Below are positions 18,909-27,662 of a stretch of 64,000 nt of DNA, in pieces. Made by a program: the position numbers and the translations under genes. Position 1 is the first letter of the stretch. Each line of letters begins with the position of its first letter. The DNA is taken from NCBI GenBank assembly GCA_964474825.1, contig CAYYWQ010000001.1, positions 884,152-948,151 on the forward strand. The letters run 5' to 3'. The stretch comes from an uncultured Candidatus Saccharibacteria bacterium (GTDB lineage: Bacteria; Patescibacteriota; Doudnabacteria; UBA920). The notes beneath the pieces were generated by a model. The model saw only the letters and a program-made list of their open reading frames with translations, did not search any database and was not told the origin of the DNA.

Positions 18909-20185
18909 TCATACCTTAAAGCTTCTATCGGATTCAATTTACTGGCTTTATAAGCCGGGTACAAGCCAAACACTACTCCGGTTAAAATGGAGACGCCTAC
19001 TGCCAACACTACAGAGGTTAAAGAAATTACAAAAGCCCAGTCGTACCCAAGCGCCTGCATTAAAAGCGAAATTAAATAGGCCACTATTATGCCAACCACA
19101 ATACCAATTAACCCGCCCACAGAAGTCAGCGTGCCGGCTTCGAGTAAAAACTGGTTCCTGACCTGCGCGTTATTCGCGCCCACTGCTTTGCGCAAACCAA
19201 TTTCACGCGTACGCTCTGCAACGGTTACCAGCATAATATTTAAAATCCCAATGCCGCCGACCAGCAAAGCAATGGCGGCCATGGCGGCCAGAAATAAAGT
19301 TAAGGCATTGGTAATTGTAGTGAGAATCCCCACGGCATCGGCAATGTTGCGCACCGTGTAATCTACGTCCGCTTCCTTTTTTATGTGGTGGCTTTGGTTT
19401 AAAAACCTCTTAACGTCTTCAATGGTCTGATCTATATGATCGGACGAGTCAACTTTTATATTAATGGCCTGCAAATAATGTATTCCAATTAGTTGCTGCT
19501 GGCCAATGGCCAATGGCAAATAAATTTGGTCGTCCTGGTCCTGAAAAAAAGTTGTACCGCGCGGAGAAGCGACACCAATAACACGCAAAGGAATTCCTCC
19601 GGGCTGGTTTTGTGAACTCTGCGAAGCAGTTCTGACTTTAATAATTTGTCCAATGGGGTCTACATTCTGTCCGCCGAACAATTCGTCCGCCACTGTACTG
19701 CCCAAAACTACAACATTAGCATTACCCTGTTCTTCCTGGCGGTCAAAAAAAATCCCTGCAGCCATAGGCACGCTGACCACATCGGGATAGGCATAGTCCG
19801 TAGACACAAACGTGGTATCCAAACTTTTATTCTGCCACGTTACCGTGCCGGTTCCGCGCACCAAACCGTTAACCGCGACAGCGTGCGGCACGGCGGAAGG
19901 ATCGCGCAAAGCCTTGGCGTCGTCGTTAGTTAAGGTTGTCACCACAATGCCAAATACCTGGTTGGGTGGGCCTTTTTCATTGCTTTTACCCGGCTGGACT
20001 GACAAAAGATTCGAACCAAGTTTTGTTATTTGCCCCAAAACCAAAGACTGGGCCCCGGCTCCCAAAGCTATAATTATAATAACCCCGGCCACGCCAATGA
20101 CAATACCCAGGATGGTAAGAAAAGAACGCCCTTTCCTTGCTAAAAGAGTTCTAAAAACTAATTTGATGGTACTTATGAAGTTCAT
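18905..20185 (-). CDS. MacB/FtsX-like ABC transporter permease
   Basis: LTILGIVIGVA, GGIGILNIML..ERTREIGLRKAVGA, NPIEALRYE. Confidence 0.95.
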   Translation of the reverse strand: MNFISTIKLVFRTLLARKGRSFLTILGIVIGVAGVIIIIALGAGAQSLVLGQITKLGSNLLSVQPGKSNEKGPPNQVFGIVVTTLTNDDAKALRDPSAVPHAVAVNGLVRGTGTVTWQNKSLDTTFVSTDYAYPDVVSVPMAAGIFFDRQEEQGNANVVVLGSTVADELFGGQNVDPIGQIIKVRTASQSSQNQPGGIPLRVIGVASPRGTTFFQDQDDQIYLPLAIGQQQLIGIHYLQAINIKVDSSDHIDQTIEDVKRFLNQSHHIKKEADVDYTVRNIADAVGILTTITNALTLFLAAMAAIALLVGGIGILNIMLVTVAERTREIGLRKAVGANNAQVRNQFLLEAGTLTSVGGLIGIVVGIIVAYLISLLMQALGYDWAFVISLTSVVLAVGVSILTGVVFGLYPAYKASKLNPIEALRYE

Positions 20186-20260
20186 AAAGTTTGTAAAGTT
20201 GAAAGTTTGTAAAGTTACTGCACTACTTTATGAACTTTAAAAACTTTATAACTTTTAACT
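20172..20260. repeat. Inverted 9-nt periodic array overlapping the permease start codon
   Basis: tatgaagttcataaagtttgtaaagttgaaagtttgtaaagt...actttatgaactttaaaaactttataacttttaac. Confidence 0.85.
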
Positions 20261-20975
20261 ATTTCACTAACTCTTTATCCGGAGTAGCAATAGTTCTATT
20301 TTTAACTTTTTCGTCGGAAATTATAAGACCGTCCTTAACACGGATAATTCTTTTGGCGTGATTAGCAGTGTCTTGTTCATGGGTAACCAAAATAATAGTG
20401 TGTCCGGCGTCATTTAGTCTTTGTAAAATTTCCATAACCGCGTTCCCGCTTTTGCTGTCCAGGTTACCCGTGGGCTCGTCCGCAAAAATTACAGCCGGTT
20501 CGCAAACTAAAGCACGGGCAATAGCCACGCGCTGTTTTTCCCCGCCGGATATTTGATTTGTGTAAAAATCCAAGCGGTGTGAAAGCCCCACAGCATCCAA
20601 GGCTTTTTTGGCCAACTGGTCGTGATTCTTTTTTGTGCTATAAATTAAAGGTAATTTTACATTGTCTAATACCGAAGTGCGGGCCAATAAATTGAAGGAT
20701 TGAAAAACAAAACCAATCCGCTCGTTTCGCAATGTGGCGAGGTAGTCGTCCGGAAAAATTTTGGTGTCTTTACCCTCAAATTCATAAACACCACCAGTCG
20801 GACGGTCAAGAAAGCTTAAAATATGCATTAAGGTGGATTTGCCCGAGCCGGAGGGACCCATAATAGCCACAAACTCGCCTTCGTCAATATTAAAAGTCAG
20901 ACCATGGAGAACCGAAGTTACCACGTCTTCGTTTATGTAATCTTTTTTTAGGTCAACAACTTTTATTAGGGGCAT
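20259..20975 (-). CDS. ABC transporter ATP-binding protein (MacB/LolD-like)
   Basis: [32 protein letters not shown]. Confidence 0.97.
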   Translation of the reverse strand: MPLIKVVDLKKDYINEDVVTSVLHGLTFNIDEGEFVAIMGPSGSGKSTLMHILSFLDRPTGGVYEFEGKDTKIFPDDYLATLRNERIGFVFQSFNLLARTSVLDNVKLPLIYSTKKNHDQLAKKALDAVGLSHRLDFYTNQISGGEKQRVAIARALVCEPAVIFADEPTGNLDSKSGNAVMEILQRLNDAGHTIILVTHEQDTANHAKRIIRVKDGLIISDEKVKNRTIATPDKELVK

Positions 20976-20983
20976 AAGATAGA

Positions 20984-21070
20984 TTGTAGGAAGTAGCTAG
21001 TAGGTAAAGCAGAAACAAATATCAGACCAAGTGTCTGGCTACTTACTACTGCCTACCCGCTACCTGCTAA
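20984..21070. repeat. Inverted 7-nt periodic array
   Basis: ttgtagg aagtagc tagtagg ... ctactta ctactgc ctacccg ctacctg ctaa. Confidence 0.75.
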
Positions 21071-22627
21071 TTACTGTTTAATATACGTAACAATTTCCTG
21101 GCCTTCGTTTAAGCCGGATAAAACTTCCACTAATCCGCCGTCAGCTTCCATACCGGTTTTAATTTCTACTTCATGGTAGGTTTTCTTTTTGCTGTCATCT
21201 ATTACCCGAATGTGTTTGGAGCCGTTGCTTAGAACTGCCCGCAAAGGAATAGCCAAAACGTTATCTTTCTCTCCTACTAAAATAGTCATATTGACTGTCA
21301 TACCCGGCTTAATGTCGGCAATATCCGGCAGACTGGCTTTAACTAAATAATCAACCACTCCGGAAACCACGGTTGAAGCAGGGTTAACTGTTTGTACAGT
21401 CGCTGTAAAATGCCTGTCCGGGCCGAGCGCGTCAAAAGTAACATCTACAGTTTGGCCTTCCTGTACCGAAGCGATATTGGCTTCGCTGACATTAGCTTCA
21501 ATATGAAGACTCTCTACGTCTTGCAGCACAATGGCTTCTTTTGAAGCCACAGCTTGTTCGCCGACTTTAATGGCTACAGAAGTAATGGTTCCGTTGGCAG
21601 GCGCCCGAATAATAGTATTTTCCAAAACTGCCTGGGCGGCCTGGACCTGCCCCTGAGCGCTTAATATAGAGGCTTCAGCGGCCTGAATGTCCGCCGGACG
21701 GGCCTGGGCTTTCTTTAAATCTAAAGACGCCTGCGCGGCGCTGACAGCGCTCTGTGCGTTTGCAATACTAATATCCTGGGTCTGCAAAGCAGACTGGTAA
21801 GCGTTATAATTTGTTACGTAAGTTGAAGCCTGTGTATTGGGAATAGTGATGGTCCAGCTGTCGCCGGCATTTACAGCCAAGGTAGAAAATTGTATAAACA
21901 AACCTTTACTTCCTAACGCCACTAATGTCGTCTTAACATCGCCCGTTCCTGTTTCCAAACCGTTTATATTAAACTTGGGGCCGCTGCCGGTATTATAAAC
22001 CGAAATATTATAAACTCCTTGCTCCGTGGAGTTATAAGTTCCGCTGACTGTAATAGTAGCGCTGCCAATATTCCCCTGGTTAGGCACAGCCGACACCGTG
22101 GAATTAAGCAATGCGCTGTAAGAATTGGCGACCAAAACTTTTTGCTGGGCAATAGTATTGGCCAAAGATTTTTTAGCGTTGTCCAAAGCTACTTGGGTTA
22201 CGGCAACGTCTTCATTGCTGGCGCCGGCCAAAACTTTGGCGTAATTCGCCTTGGCCTGGGCAAGCGATCCCAATGCCTGCGTTAAGGTAGCGGCCTGGTC
22301 CAGCTGGCTCAAAGTGGCCAAAACTTGTCCTGCTTTTACCTTGTCACCTTCTTTTACATTAACCTTACCAACAATGCCGCTGCTTTTAAAACTTAGGTCT
22401 AAGTCCGTGCTAGACACGGCCTGGCCGGTGGCCAAAACTGTTTGCTTAATATCTTGACGCTTAACTATGTCTGTCAAAATATTGGCAGAAGTATTACTAC
22501 CGGCTTTGATTCTCCAAAAAATAAAACCAACCACGACTAAAATAATCGCTGTCCAAATAATTTTCTTTTTTGTAAAAAACTTTTTTTTAGGGCTGGGCGT
22601 AATGCTGCCCGTTTCTTGATTGTCCAT
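21071..22627 (-). CDS. Efflux periplasmic adaptor (MFP/HlyD family)
   Basis: TM, lipoyl halves (VKEGDKVKAGQVLA / IRAPANGTI), long alpha-hairpin, IKPGMT, VLSGLNEG. Confidence 0.93.
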   Translation of the reverse strand: MDNQETGSITPSPKKKFFTKKKIIWTAIILVVVGFIFWRIKAGSNTSANILTDIVKRQDIKQTVLATGQAVSSTDLDLSFKSSGIVGKVNVKEGDKVKAGQVLATLSQLDQAATLTQALGSLAQAKANYAKVLAGASNEDVAVTQVALDNAKKSLANTIAQQKVLVANSYSALLNSTVSAVPNQGNIGSATITVSGTYNSTEQGVYNISVYNTGSGPKFNINGLETGTGDVKTTLVALGSKGLFIQFSTLAVNAGDSWTITIPNTQASTYVTNYNAYQSALQTQDISIANAQSAVSAAQASLDLKKAQARPADIQAAEASILSAQGQVQAAQAVLENTIIRAPANGTITSVAIKVGEQAVASKEAIVLQDVESLHIEANVSEANIASVQEGQTVDVTFDALGPDRHFTATVQTVNPASTVVSGVVDYLVKASLPDIADIKPGMTVNMTILVGEKDNVLAIPLRAVLSNGSKHIRVIDDSKKKTYHEVEIKTGMEADGGLVEVLSGLNEGQEIVTYIKQ

Positions 22628-22650
22628 AAATGTTTGGCTTTCTATTGAAA

Positions 22651-22956
22651 TTACTGATTGAAATTGTTCTGTTCTAAAATTTTATCCACGCGTTCCTTTA
22701 TTTTCTTCTCCATTCCTGTACCCGATAAATTATTCATAATAATTTTTACCAACTGCTCCAATTCATTGGCCTTAACAAGTCCCAAAGCCTTGCCAAATTT
22801 ACCCATTACGATCAGGCTGTCACCAGGCTGAAGCTTCAAGTCTTTGCGCGCCTGGGCGGGAATCACCACCTGGCCGCGGCTGCCCATGATAGTTGTACCA
22901 TAAAGCTTGTCGGAGCTGGTCATTTTTTGGTGGATCTTTTGAAAGCTGGCCTTCAT
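22651..22956 (-). CDS. AbrB/MazE/SpoVT family DNA-binding protein
   Basis: MGSRGQVVIPAQARKDLKLQPGDSL. Confidence 0.9.
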   Translation of the reverse strand: MKASFQKIHQKMTSSDKLYGTTIMGSRGQVVIPAQARKDLKLQPGDSLIVMGKFGKALGLVKANELEQLVKIIMNNLSGTGMEKKIKERVDKILEQNNFNQ

Positions 22957-22969
22957 AAGAGTGAATTTA

Positions 22970-23021
22970 GATTAGTATGATATTTCATACTAATCATATC
23001 ACAAATAACAACTAAAGTCAA
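22970..23021 (-). promoter_or_regulatory. Promoter (TTGACT-N17-TATGAT) with overlapping 11-bp inverted-repeat operator
   Basis: GATTAGTATGA-TATT-TCATACTAATC at 22970..22995 covers the predicted start site. Confidence 0.75.
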
Positions 23022-23030
23022 TCGCAATAT

Positions 23031-24419
23031 TTATTGCAAGGCAGCTTTTATTTTTAAGTTCAAACCCCCGGCCGACAAAACATCCCTCTCACTAATATTA
23101 GCCAGCTGCCGCAATCTTTTTTCAGCAGGCGTAATAACCTTATAAATTTCCGGCAGCATGCTGTCCATGCTCTCACCAATGGTTACCACTTTGGCCAGCC
23201 GGTGATACTTATTAAACAAATCATTAGTGTCTTTTAAAAATAAATCCAAGGCTGTAGGCTTATAAACCAGGCCGCTGTCGGTTATGTCAAAAGCTAAATT
23301 ACTCTCCGCAAAATTCTCCGTAACTTCTTTGACCACGCGCGCAGCTATATTTTCCTCGCCCATTTCTTTAAGAAGATCCGCAAATTTGTTTTTTATATTT
23401 GTTAACCAATTTACCTGGTTAAAGCCGCCCAAACAAGTTATTCCATAATAGAGCAAAACCATAAAACAAACTAAAGAGGTCGGATAAATTTTTCCCTGTT
23501 CTAGATCAGCAACCAAAACGGCCTGATTAGGGTTAATAGCATGCTTGGACAAACGCACGCGCCTGCCTTTCTCGTCTATTCCCCAAAACAAAAAACTGCC
23601 TTTATGCTCAAGGTCAAACGCCCCCAAACTCCCTTGAAAATATTTTTCTATTAAATCCCAGCCTGCGGATGTAAAAAATAACCTATTCAGCAAATGATCG
23701 GGCCTTGAACCAACTTCTTTAATTAAAATTTCAGTAACCAAAGCCTCAAGTGGCACATAAATAAGCTGCGGCGCCTGAGGAAATACCATTGACCACAATT
23801 GTTTACTAGCCAGACAGGCTTGTTCAACAAACGACCTGCTATTCAAAACCTGCTCGTCTAATACAACCTTACTGAGTTCAGCGTGCAAGTTTCCAAAAGA
23901 CAAATTTTTAACTTTTTCAAGAAGAAGATCGGCTTCTTTCCGGCCAAACGGTTTTGTGGCCAAAACAGTTTGAGTTTTTTGCCTATCAGCAAACAAAGAC
24001 AAACGTACCAAATCTCCATCCGACTTGCCGGACAATAAAAAACAACCGGGCCAGGAAGAATTATTAAGAGAAATTCCTGCCGTGGCCAGGCAAAGTAGAT
24101 ATTTATTGTCACGATTTAAACTATAAATTAAATTGGAATTTAAAAAAAATGGGTGTCCAAAAATACCTAAATGGTCAACTGTAGAAACCAAAGGCCTGGA
24201 TTTTAACTGGCTTAGAACTTCCTTGGCTATAAGCTCGCCATAAATATCAAATAATAAACGACGGAGAACATTTAAAAAATTTTCAGTTTCCGGTATGCCA
24301 ACTCCCACATTCCAACTCTTACTGTAATTAGCCAAGCTTTCCTGGGCATGATCTTTATAAATTCGGCCTAATACCTGCTGCTTGGCCATTATAACCGTTC
24401 GTAATTCAGAAATTTCCAT
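23031..24419 (-). CDS. Hypothetical protein (about 460 aa)
   Basis: Long ORF with motif VSTVDHLGIFGHPFFLNSN; no family recognised. Confidence 0.8.
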   Translation of the reverse strand: MEISELRTVIMAKQQVLGRIYKDHAQESLANYSKSWNVGVGIPETENFLNVLRRLLFDIYGELIAKEVLSQLKSRPLVSTVDHLGIFGHPFFLNSNLIYSLNRDNKYLLCLATAGISLNNSSWPGCFLLSGKSDGDLVRLSLFADRQKTQTVLATKPFGRKEADLLLEKVKNLSFGNLHAELSKVVLDEQVLNSRSFVEQACLASKQLWSMVFPQAPQLIYVPLEALVTEILIKEVGSRPDHLLNRLFFTSAGWDLIEKYFQGSLGAFDLEHKGSFLFWGIDEKGRRVRLSKHAINPNQAVLVADLEQGKIYPTSLVCFMVLLYYGITCLGGFNQVNWLTNIKNKFADLLKEMGEENIAARVVKEVTENFAESNLAFDITDSGLVYKPTALDLFLKDTNDLFNKYHRLAKVVTIGESMDSMLPEIYKVITPAEKRLRQLANISERDVLSAGGLNLKIKAALQ

Positions 24420-24567
24420 ACCCAGTATATCAACATACAATACCAAACGGCTGATCCACCGTAGAAGCAGTATGCATAGGATGATTAATTTTTCTAAGAC
24501 GTTAATTTAAAGTATTGTTAAGCCGTTTGGCTAAGCTCCTACATTTTGCCAATAATAAAGCCTAAAC

Positions 24568-24642
24568 TTAAAAAAAACCGCGCCAGCTTTTACAAAACGA
24601 CCTTGGGTAAAGGAGTTTATTGCATGTTGTATTACTGAGCAT
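24568..24642 (-). CDS. Putative 24-aa leader peptide MLSNTTCNKLLYPRSFCKSWRGFF
   Basis: TATAAT 6 nt upstream of ATG; ORF ends in a weak hairpin plus U8. Confidence 0.35.
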   Translation of the reverse strand: MLSNTTCNKLLYPRSFCKSWRGFF

Positions 24643-24678
24643 ACCTGCATTATACCCGAAAATGGTAATATCTAAAAA

Positions 24679-24714
24679 AGTCCCGTCAGTCAGCCTAGGC
24701 TGACTGACGGGACT
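24679..24714. terminator. Perfect 36-bp palindrome, likely terminator of the pilin gene
   Basis: agtcccgtcagtcagcct|aggctgactgacgggact. Confidence 0.75.
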
Positions 24715-24729
24715 AATTTAAGTGTTCTA

Positions 24730-25230
24730 TTATCTAACCCCGGCAGGGGTTAGAACTCTTTCGCCAGAACTAAAATTACCGGTTGGATCACCTAAGCAAA
24801 AATAATAAGAATAGCTAGGGTATACCTGCGTACCGCCTACATCAAAGGAAATCCCTTCCGGAATGTAATAAAATTCATTTGCGGCCACGGCCACTCCGCC
24901 ATGATTATTAGTTACCTCGGTGTTGTGCGACAGGCCATCGCAAACCCCGTCAGCCGGCTGGGGCGCGGTGGGTATAATATTTACAAACTGGGGAGTTAAA
25001 GCAGTCGGTACTCCGTTAACACCGTTTGGATAGCCGCGATTGCTGGCAAAATATAACTCTAAAGCCGTATTCATTTGGGTTATATTAGCCAAACGCTTAA
25101 CATTTCGGGACTTTTGCCTGGCTGATTGCATGGCAATAAGACCAATAGAAGACAGTAAAGAAATAATGGCAACAACCACCAACAATTCTATTAGGGTAAA
25201 ACCTCTATTTAACTCTTTTTTATTTTTCAT
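24730..25230 (-). CDS. Type IV pilin / pseudopilin
   Basis: RG|FTLIELLVVVAII N-methylation motif; start MKNKK at 25230. Confidence 0.92.
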   Translation of the reverse strand: MKNKKELNRGFTLIELLVVVAIISLLSSIGLIAMQSARQKSRNVKRLANITQMNTALELYFASNRGYPNGVNGVPTALTPQFVNIIPTAPQPADGVCDGLSHNTEVTNNHGGVAVAANEFYYIPEGISFDVGGTQVYPSYSYYFCLGDPTGNFSSGERVLTPAGVR

Positions 25231-25368
25231 TTCTCTTTGAATTTTGTTGTCTTTATTATACGACAATTTTGTCAAAATAACAATGTGGATAATAAAATTG
25301 TACTGAGCTAAGGCCACTCTTGATAAAATCAAATAAATCCTGTAAAATAGCATAGATGTAGCAAATAT

Positions 25369-25444
25369 GGGATGGTAGCTCAGTCGGTAGAGCAGCGGCC
25401 TTTTAAGCCGTTTGTCGTGGGTTCGATCCCCACCCATCCCACCA
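25369..25444 (+). tRNA. tRNA-Lys(TTT)
   Basis: GGGATGG...GCGGC-CT-TTT-AA-GCCGT...GGTTCGATCCC...CCATCCCACCA. Confidence 0.96.
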
Positions 25445-25512
25445 AAAAACCACCTAAAGATTTGGGTGCTTTTTTATTACGATGATATACTTAAGGTAAT
25501 TAATATCCACAT

Positions 25513-25983
25513 ATGAAAAAATTTATTTTCCTTGCTCCCATAATTATTTTATTGGCAGCAGGCTGCGGTCCTTTAAAAACCCAACCCATTAAAACCTCCC
25601 CTACTCAAAATGAGGCCATAAAACAAGGTTTAACAGGAAACGTGAGCTTGGCTACGGGGAATTGCATGCCTACTATTGGAACGTCAAAATCCAGCTGTTC
25701 AATAAAAAAACTTTCCACAAAAATTTACATTAGAGAACCAGCAACCGGAAAAAACATGGATTATTCCTACCTTAAAAATCCAACCAAACTTATTCAAACC
25801 GTTACATCCTCTGATACAGGGAACTACCAAGCGGCGGTCCCTGCCGGGACCTATAGTGTATTTGCGGATGATAACGGTAAAGAGTATTGCAACCTTTCAG
25901 ACGGGCAAGGGAATATGTGCCGGGTAACAGTTGGCCCAGGAATTACCGAATATAACATAAAAATTGACCATGCGGTTTACTAA
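25513..25983 (+). CDS. Putative lipoprotein with beta-sandwich domain
   Basis: Lipobox LAAGC; Cys pairs; TSSDTGNYQAAVPAGTYSV. Confidence 0.8.
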   Translation: MKKFIFLAPIIILLAAGCGPLKTQPIKTSPTQNEAIKQGLTGNVSLATGNCMPTIGTSKSSCSIKKLSTKIYIREPATGKNMDYSYLKNPTKLIQTVTSSDTGNYQAAVPAGTYSVFADDNGKEYCNLSDGQGNMCRVTVGPGITEYNIKIDHAVY

Positions 25984-26007
25984 ATTTTTGAATTGCTTAT
26001 GAAATCA

Positions 26008-26039
26008 CAAACCCCGTCCTTTCCGGTAGGACGGGGTTT
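26008..26039. terminator. Bidirectional terminator
   Basis: aaaccccgtcct...aggacggggttt. Confidence 0.8.
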
Positions 26040-26066
26040 AAGTATTCAGTTGCTTTACCATATTTA

Positions 26067-26252
26067 TTATTGCATCTGACGGTTGTGGTTACCATAGTGT
26101 GATTCTGTTGCTCCGCCCCAAAAACCCAGTATTGCCACAGCCGCACCGGTAATTAACAGCAGTATCTGACCGGTGCCGGAAGGAACGAAGGCATATGCGG
26201 CAACAATGACCCATAAGCCTAAAATTCCATTAAGCCATTCTGACCAAGACAT
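26067..26252 (-). CDS. SPW-repeat-like small membrane protein
   Basis: WSEWLNGILGLWVIVA...ITGAAVAILGFW; GAAAGGA SD. Confidence 0.75.
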   Translation of the reverse strand: MSWSEWLNGILGLWVIVAAYAFVPSGTGQILLLITGAAVAILGFWGGATESHYGNHNRQMQ

Positions 26253-26387
26253 AAATTTGTTCCTTTCCTAAATATTTTATTATTTTCCGACCTTTATTTA
26301 AAAGGGACCCGGGTCCTCCACGGGGCCTTATTATATATAACGAAAGGGGTAGGTATTTGTAACACAATAAAAACCTTTTAGGTAAGG

Positions 26388-27650
26388 TTAAATTTTTCCT
26401 ATTAGTTTCCTGTAGTATTTTTTAATGCTATAAAAAATGGAGGAATTTGTGGGACGAAGAGTTATTGTTAACTGCTCTAATGTTTTTTCTTCACTAATTT
26501 CAATTGATGAGGAAACATAATTGTCGGCCGAAGCGAATAATTTAACATTGTGATTTGCGGGAATTAAAATGCTAAAATCTCCCTCGCCATCTGTTTTTTC
26601 AAAATCACCTTCTAAACTTAAGCTGACTTTCGCATTTTCTATTTTGTCCCCAGCATCGTTATAAACCGTGCCATTAATTTTTTTGGGAGTATAATAATCT
26701 TTTAAAATTTGGTACGCCGGCCTTAGAGATCCGTTGTCATTTATTAAGGCAGTGGAACCACCGGAGAGGACCCAATAATTTACAGCGGAAATTAAATTCC
26801 TCCTCTGCGAAAGTTGCACTAACTCCTGGTCAATAAATTCCGCTTGCTCCAAGTCCGTAAGCTGGCCGTTTATGTCCGGAATTGGTCCGCCAAATTCGCC
26901 AATGGCTATGCTGCCACCACTTTGACTACTAAGCTCGTCTATATCTTGTCCCAGCTTCTGGGGGTCCTTAATATAATGGTCAATGGTCACAACACCACCT
27001 AAGGCCGCGGTAGTGTTTTTGTCCATAATCAAAGCAGCCACATCTTTGTTCATTGGTAAAAAATTTACAGTAACTTTTTTGCCAATTTTTTCAAACGCAG
27101 TTTGAGAAGTTTGATATTCGTTTATTAAAAACTTGCGGTAGTCTTGCAAGTTGCCCTTACTGCGAGGGTCCCCTGGCCCGCCGTTTTCGCATTCCGGACA
27201 AGCGCTAAAAACGTCTCCGTCTTCAAATAAATCTGGATTGCGCAAAATAAAATTTTCTATCAAATACAAATGAGTAGACTGGCTAATTCTTCCATAGCCA
27301 AACCAGCCTTCCCAGCCGCTAAAGTTGCCGCGAAACCAGACTTTAAGATTATTCTTTCGAGCCGCCAAAACCCAACGCCGCAAAAACGGCAAAAATTCGC
27401 TGTCATACGGAGTGGCAATGGCAACGTGAGTCGCGCCCAAATTTGCAATGTCTTTTATTTGGCCATTAATTACAAGATCAAACGAGCTGTCTCTAAGTTT
27501 TTGCCGCGCTAAATCACGTGAATACTTCATGGTGTCCACAGACTGAACAGGGAACATTGTTGCCTCAGATGCCAAAACAAATGTCGGGGTAAAAATTAAA
27601 AATAAGATAATAAAGCAAATTCCCGGGGCAGTTACAGAAAAAGATTTCAT
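26388..27650 (-). CDS. Secreted glycoside hydrolase-like protein with carboxypeptidase-regulatory-like domain
   Basis: Signal peptide; SVDTMKYSRD, CPECENGG, IGEFG, VNYW; C-terminal INGTV..KTDGEGDFSI. Confidence 0.65.
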   Translation of the reverse strand: MKSFSVTAPGICFIILFLIFTPTFVLASEATMFPVQSVDTMKYSRDLARQKLRDSSFDLVINGQIKDIANLGATHVAIATPYDSEFLPFLRRWVLAARKNNLKVWFRGNFSGWEGWFGYGRISQSTHLYLIENFILRNPDLFEDGDVFSACPECENGGPGDPRSKGNLQDYRKFLINEYQTSQTAFEKIGKKVTVNFLPMNKDVAALIMDKNTTAALGGVVTIDHYIKDPQKLGQDIDELSSQSGGSIAIGEFGGPIPDINGQLTDLEQAEFIDQELVQLSQRRNLISAVNYWVLSGGSTALINDNGSLRPAYQILKDYYTPKKINGTVYNDAGDKIENAKVSLSLEGDFEKTDGEGDFSILIPANHNVKLFASADNYVSSSIEISEEKTLEQLTITLRPTNSSIFYSIKKYYRKLIGKI

Positions 27651-27662
27651 ACAAATAGTCCG

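Noticed and set aside
24679-24714. Perfect 36-bp palindrome as a recombination or telomere site
   Set aside because: Its position right after the pilin stop with a T-run on the minus strand fits a terminator; no resolvase is nearby.
25231-25437. N-terminal extension of the pilin ORF
   Set aside because: It is antisense to tRNA-Lys; the prepilin leader starts at 25230.
26315-26365. ECF-sigma-like promoter (TGTTAC-N16-CGTT) before the SPW-like gene
   Set aside because: A single weak match, with a TATAAT alternative adjacent.
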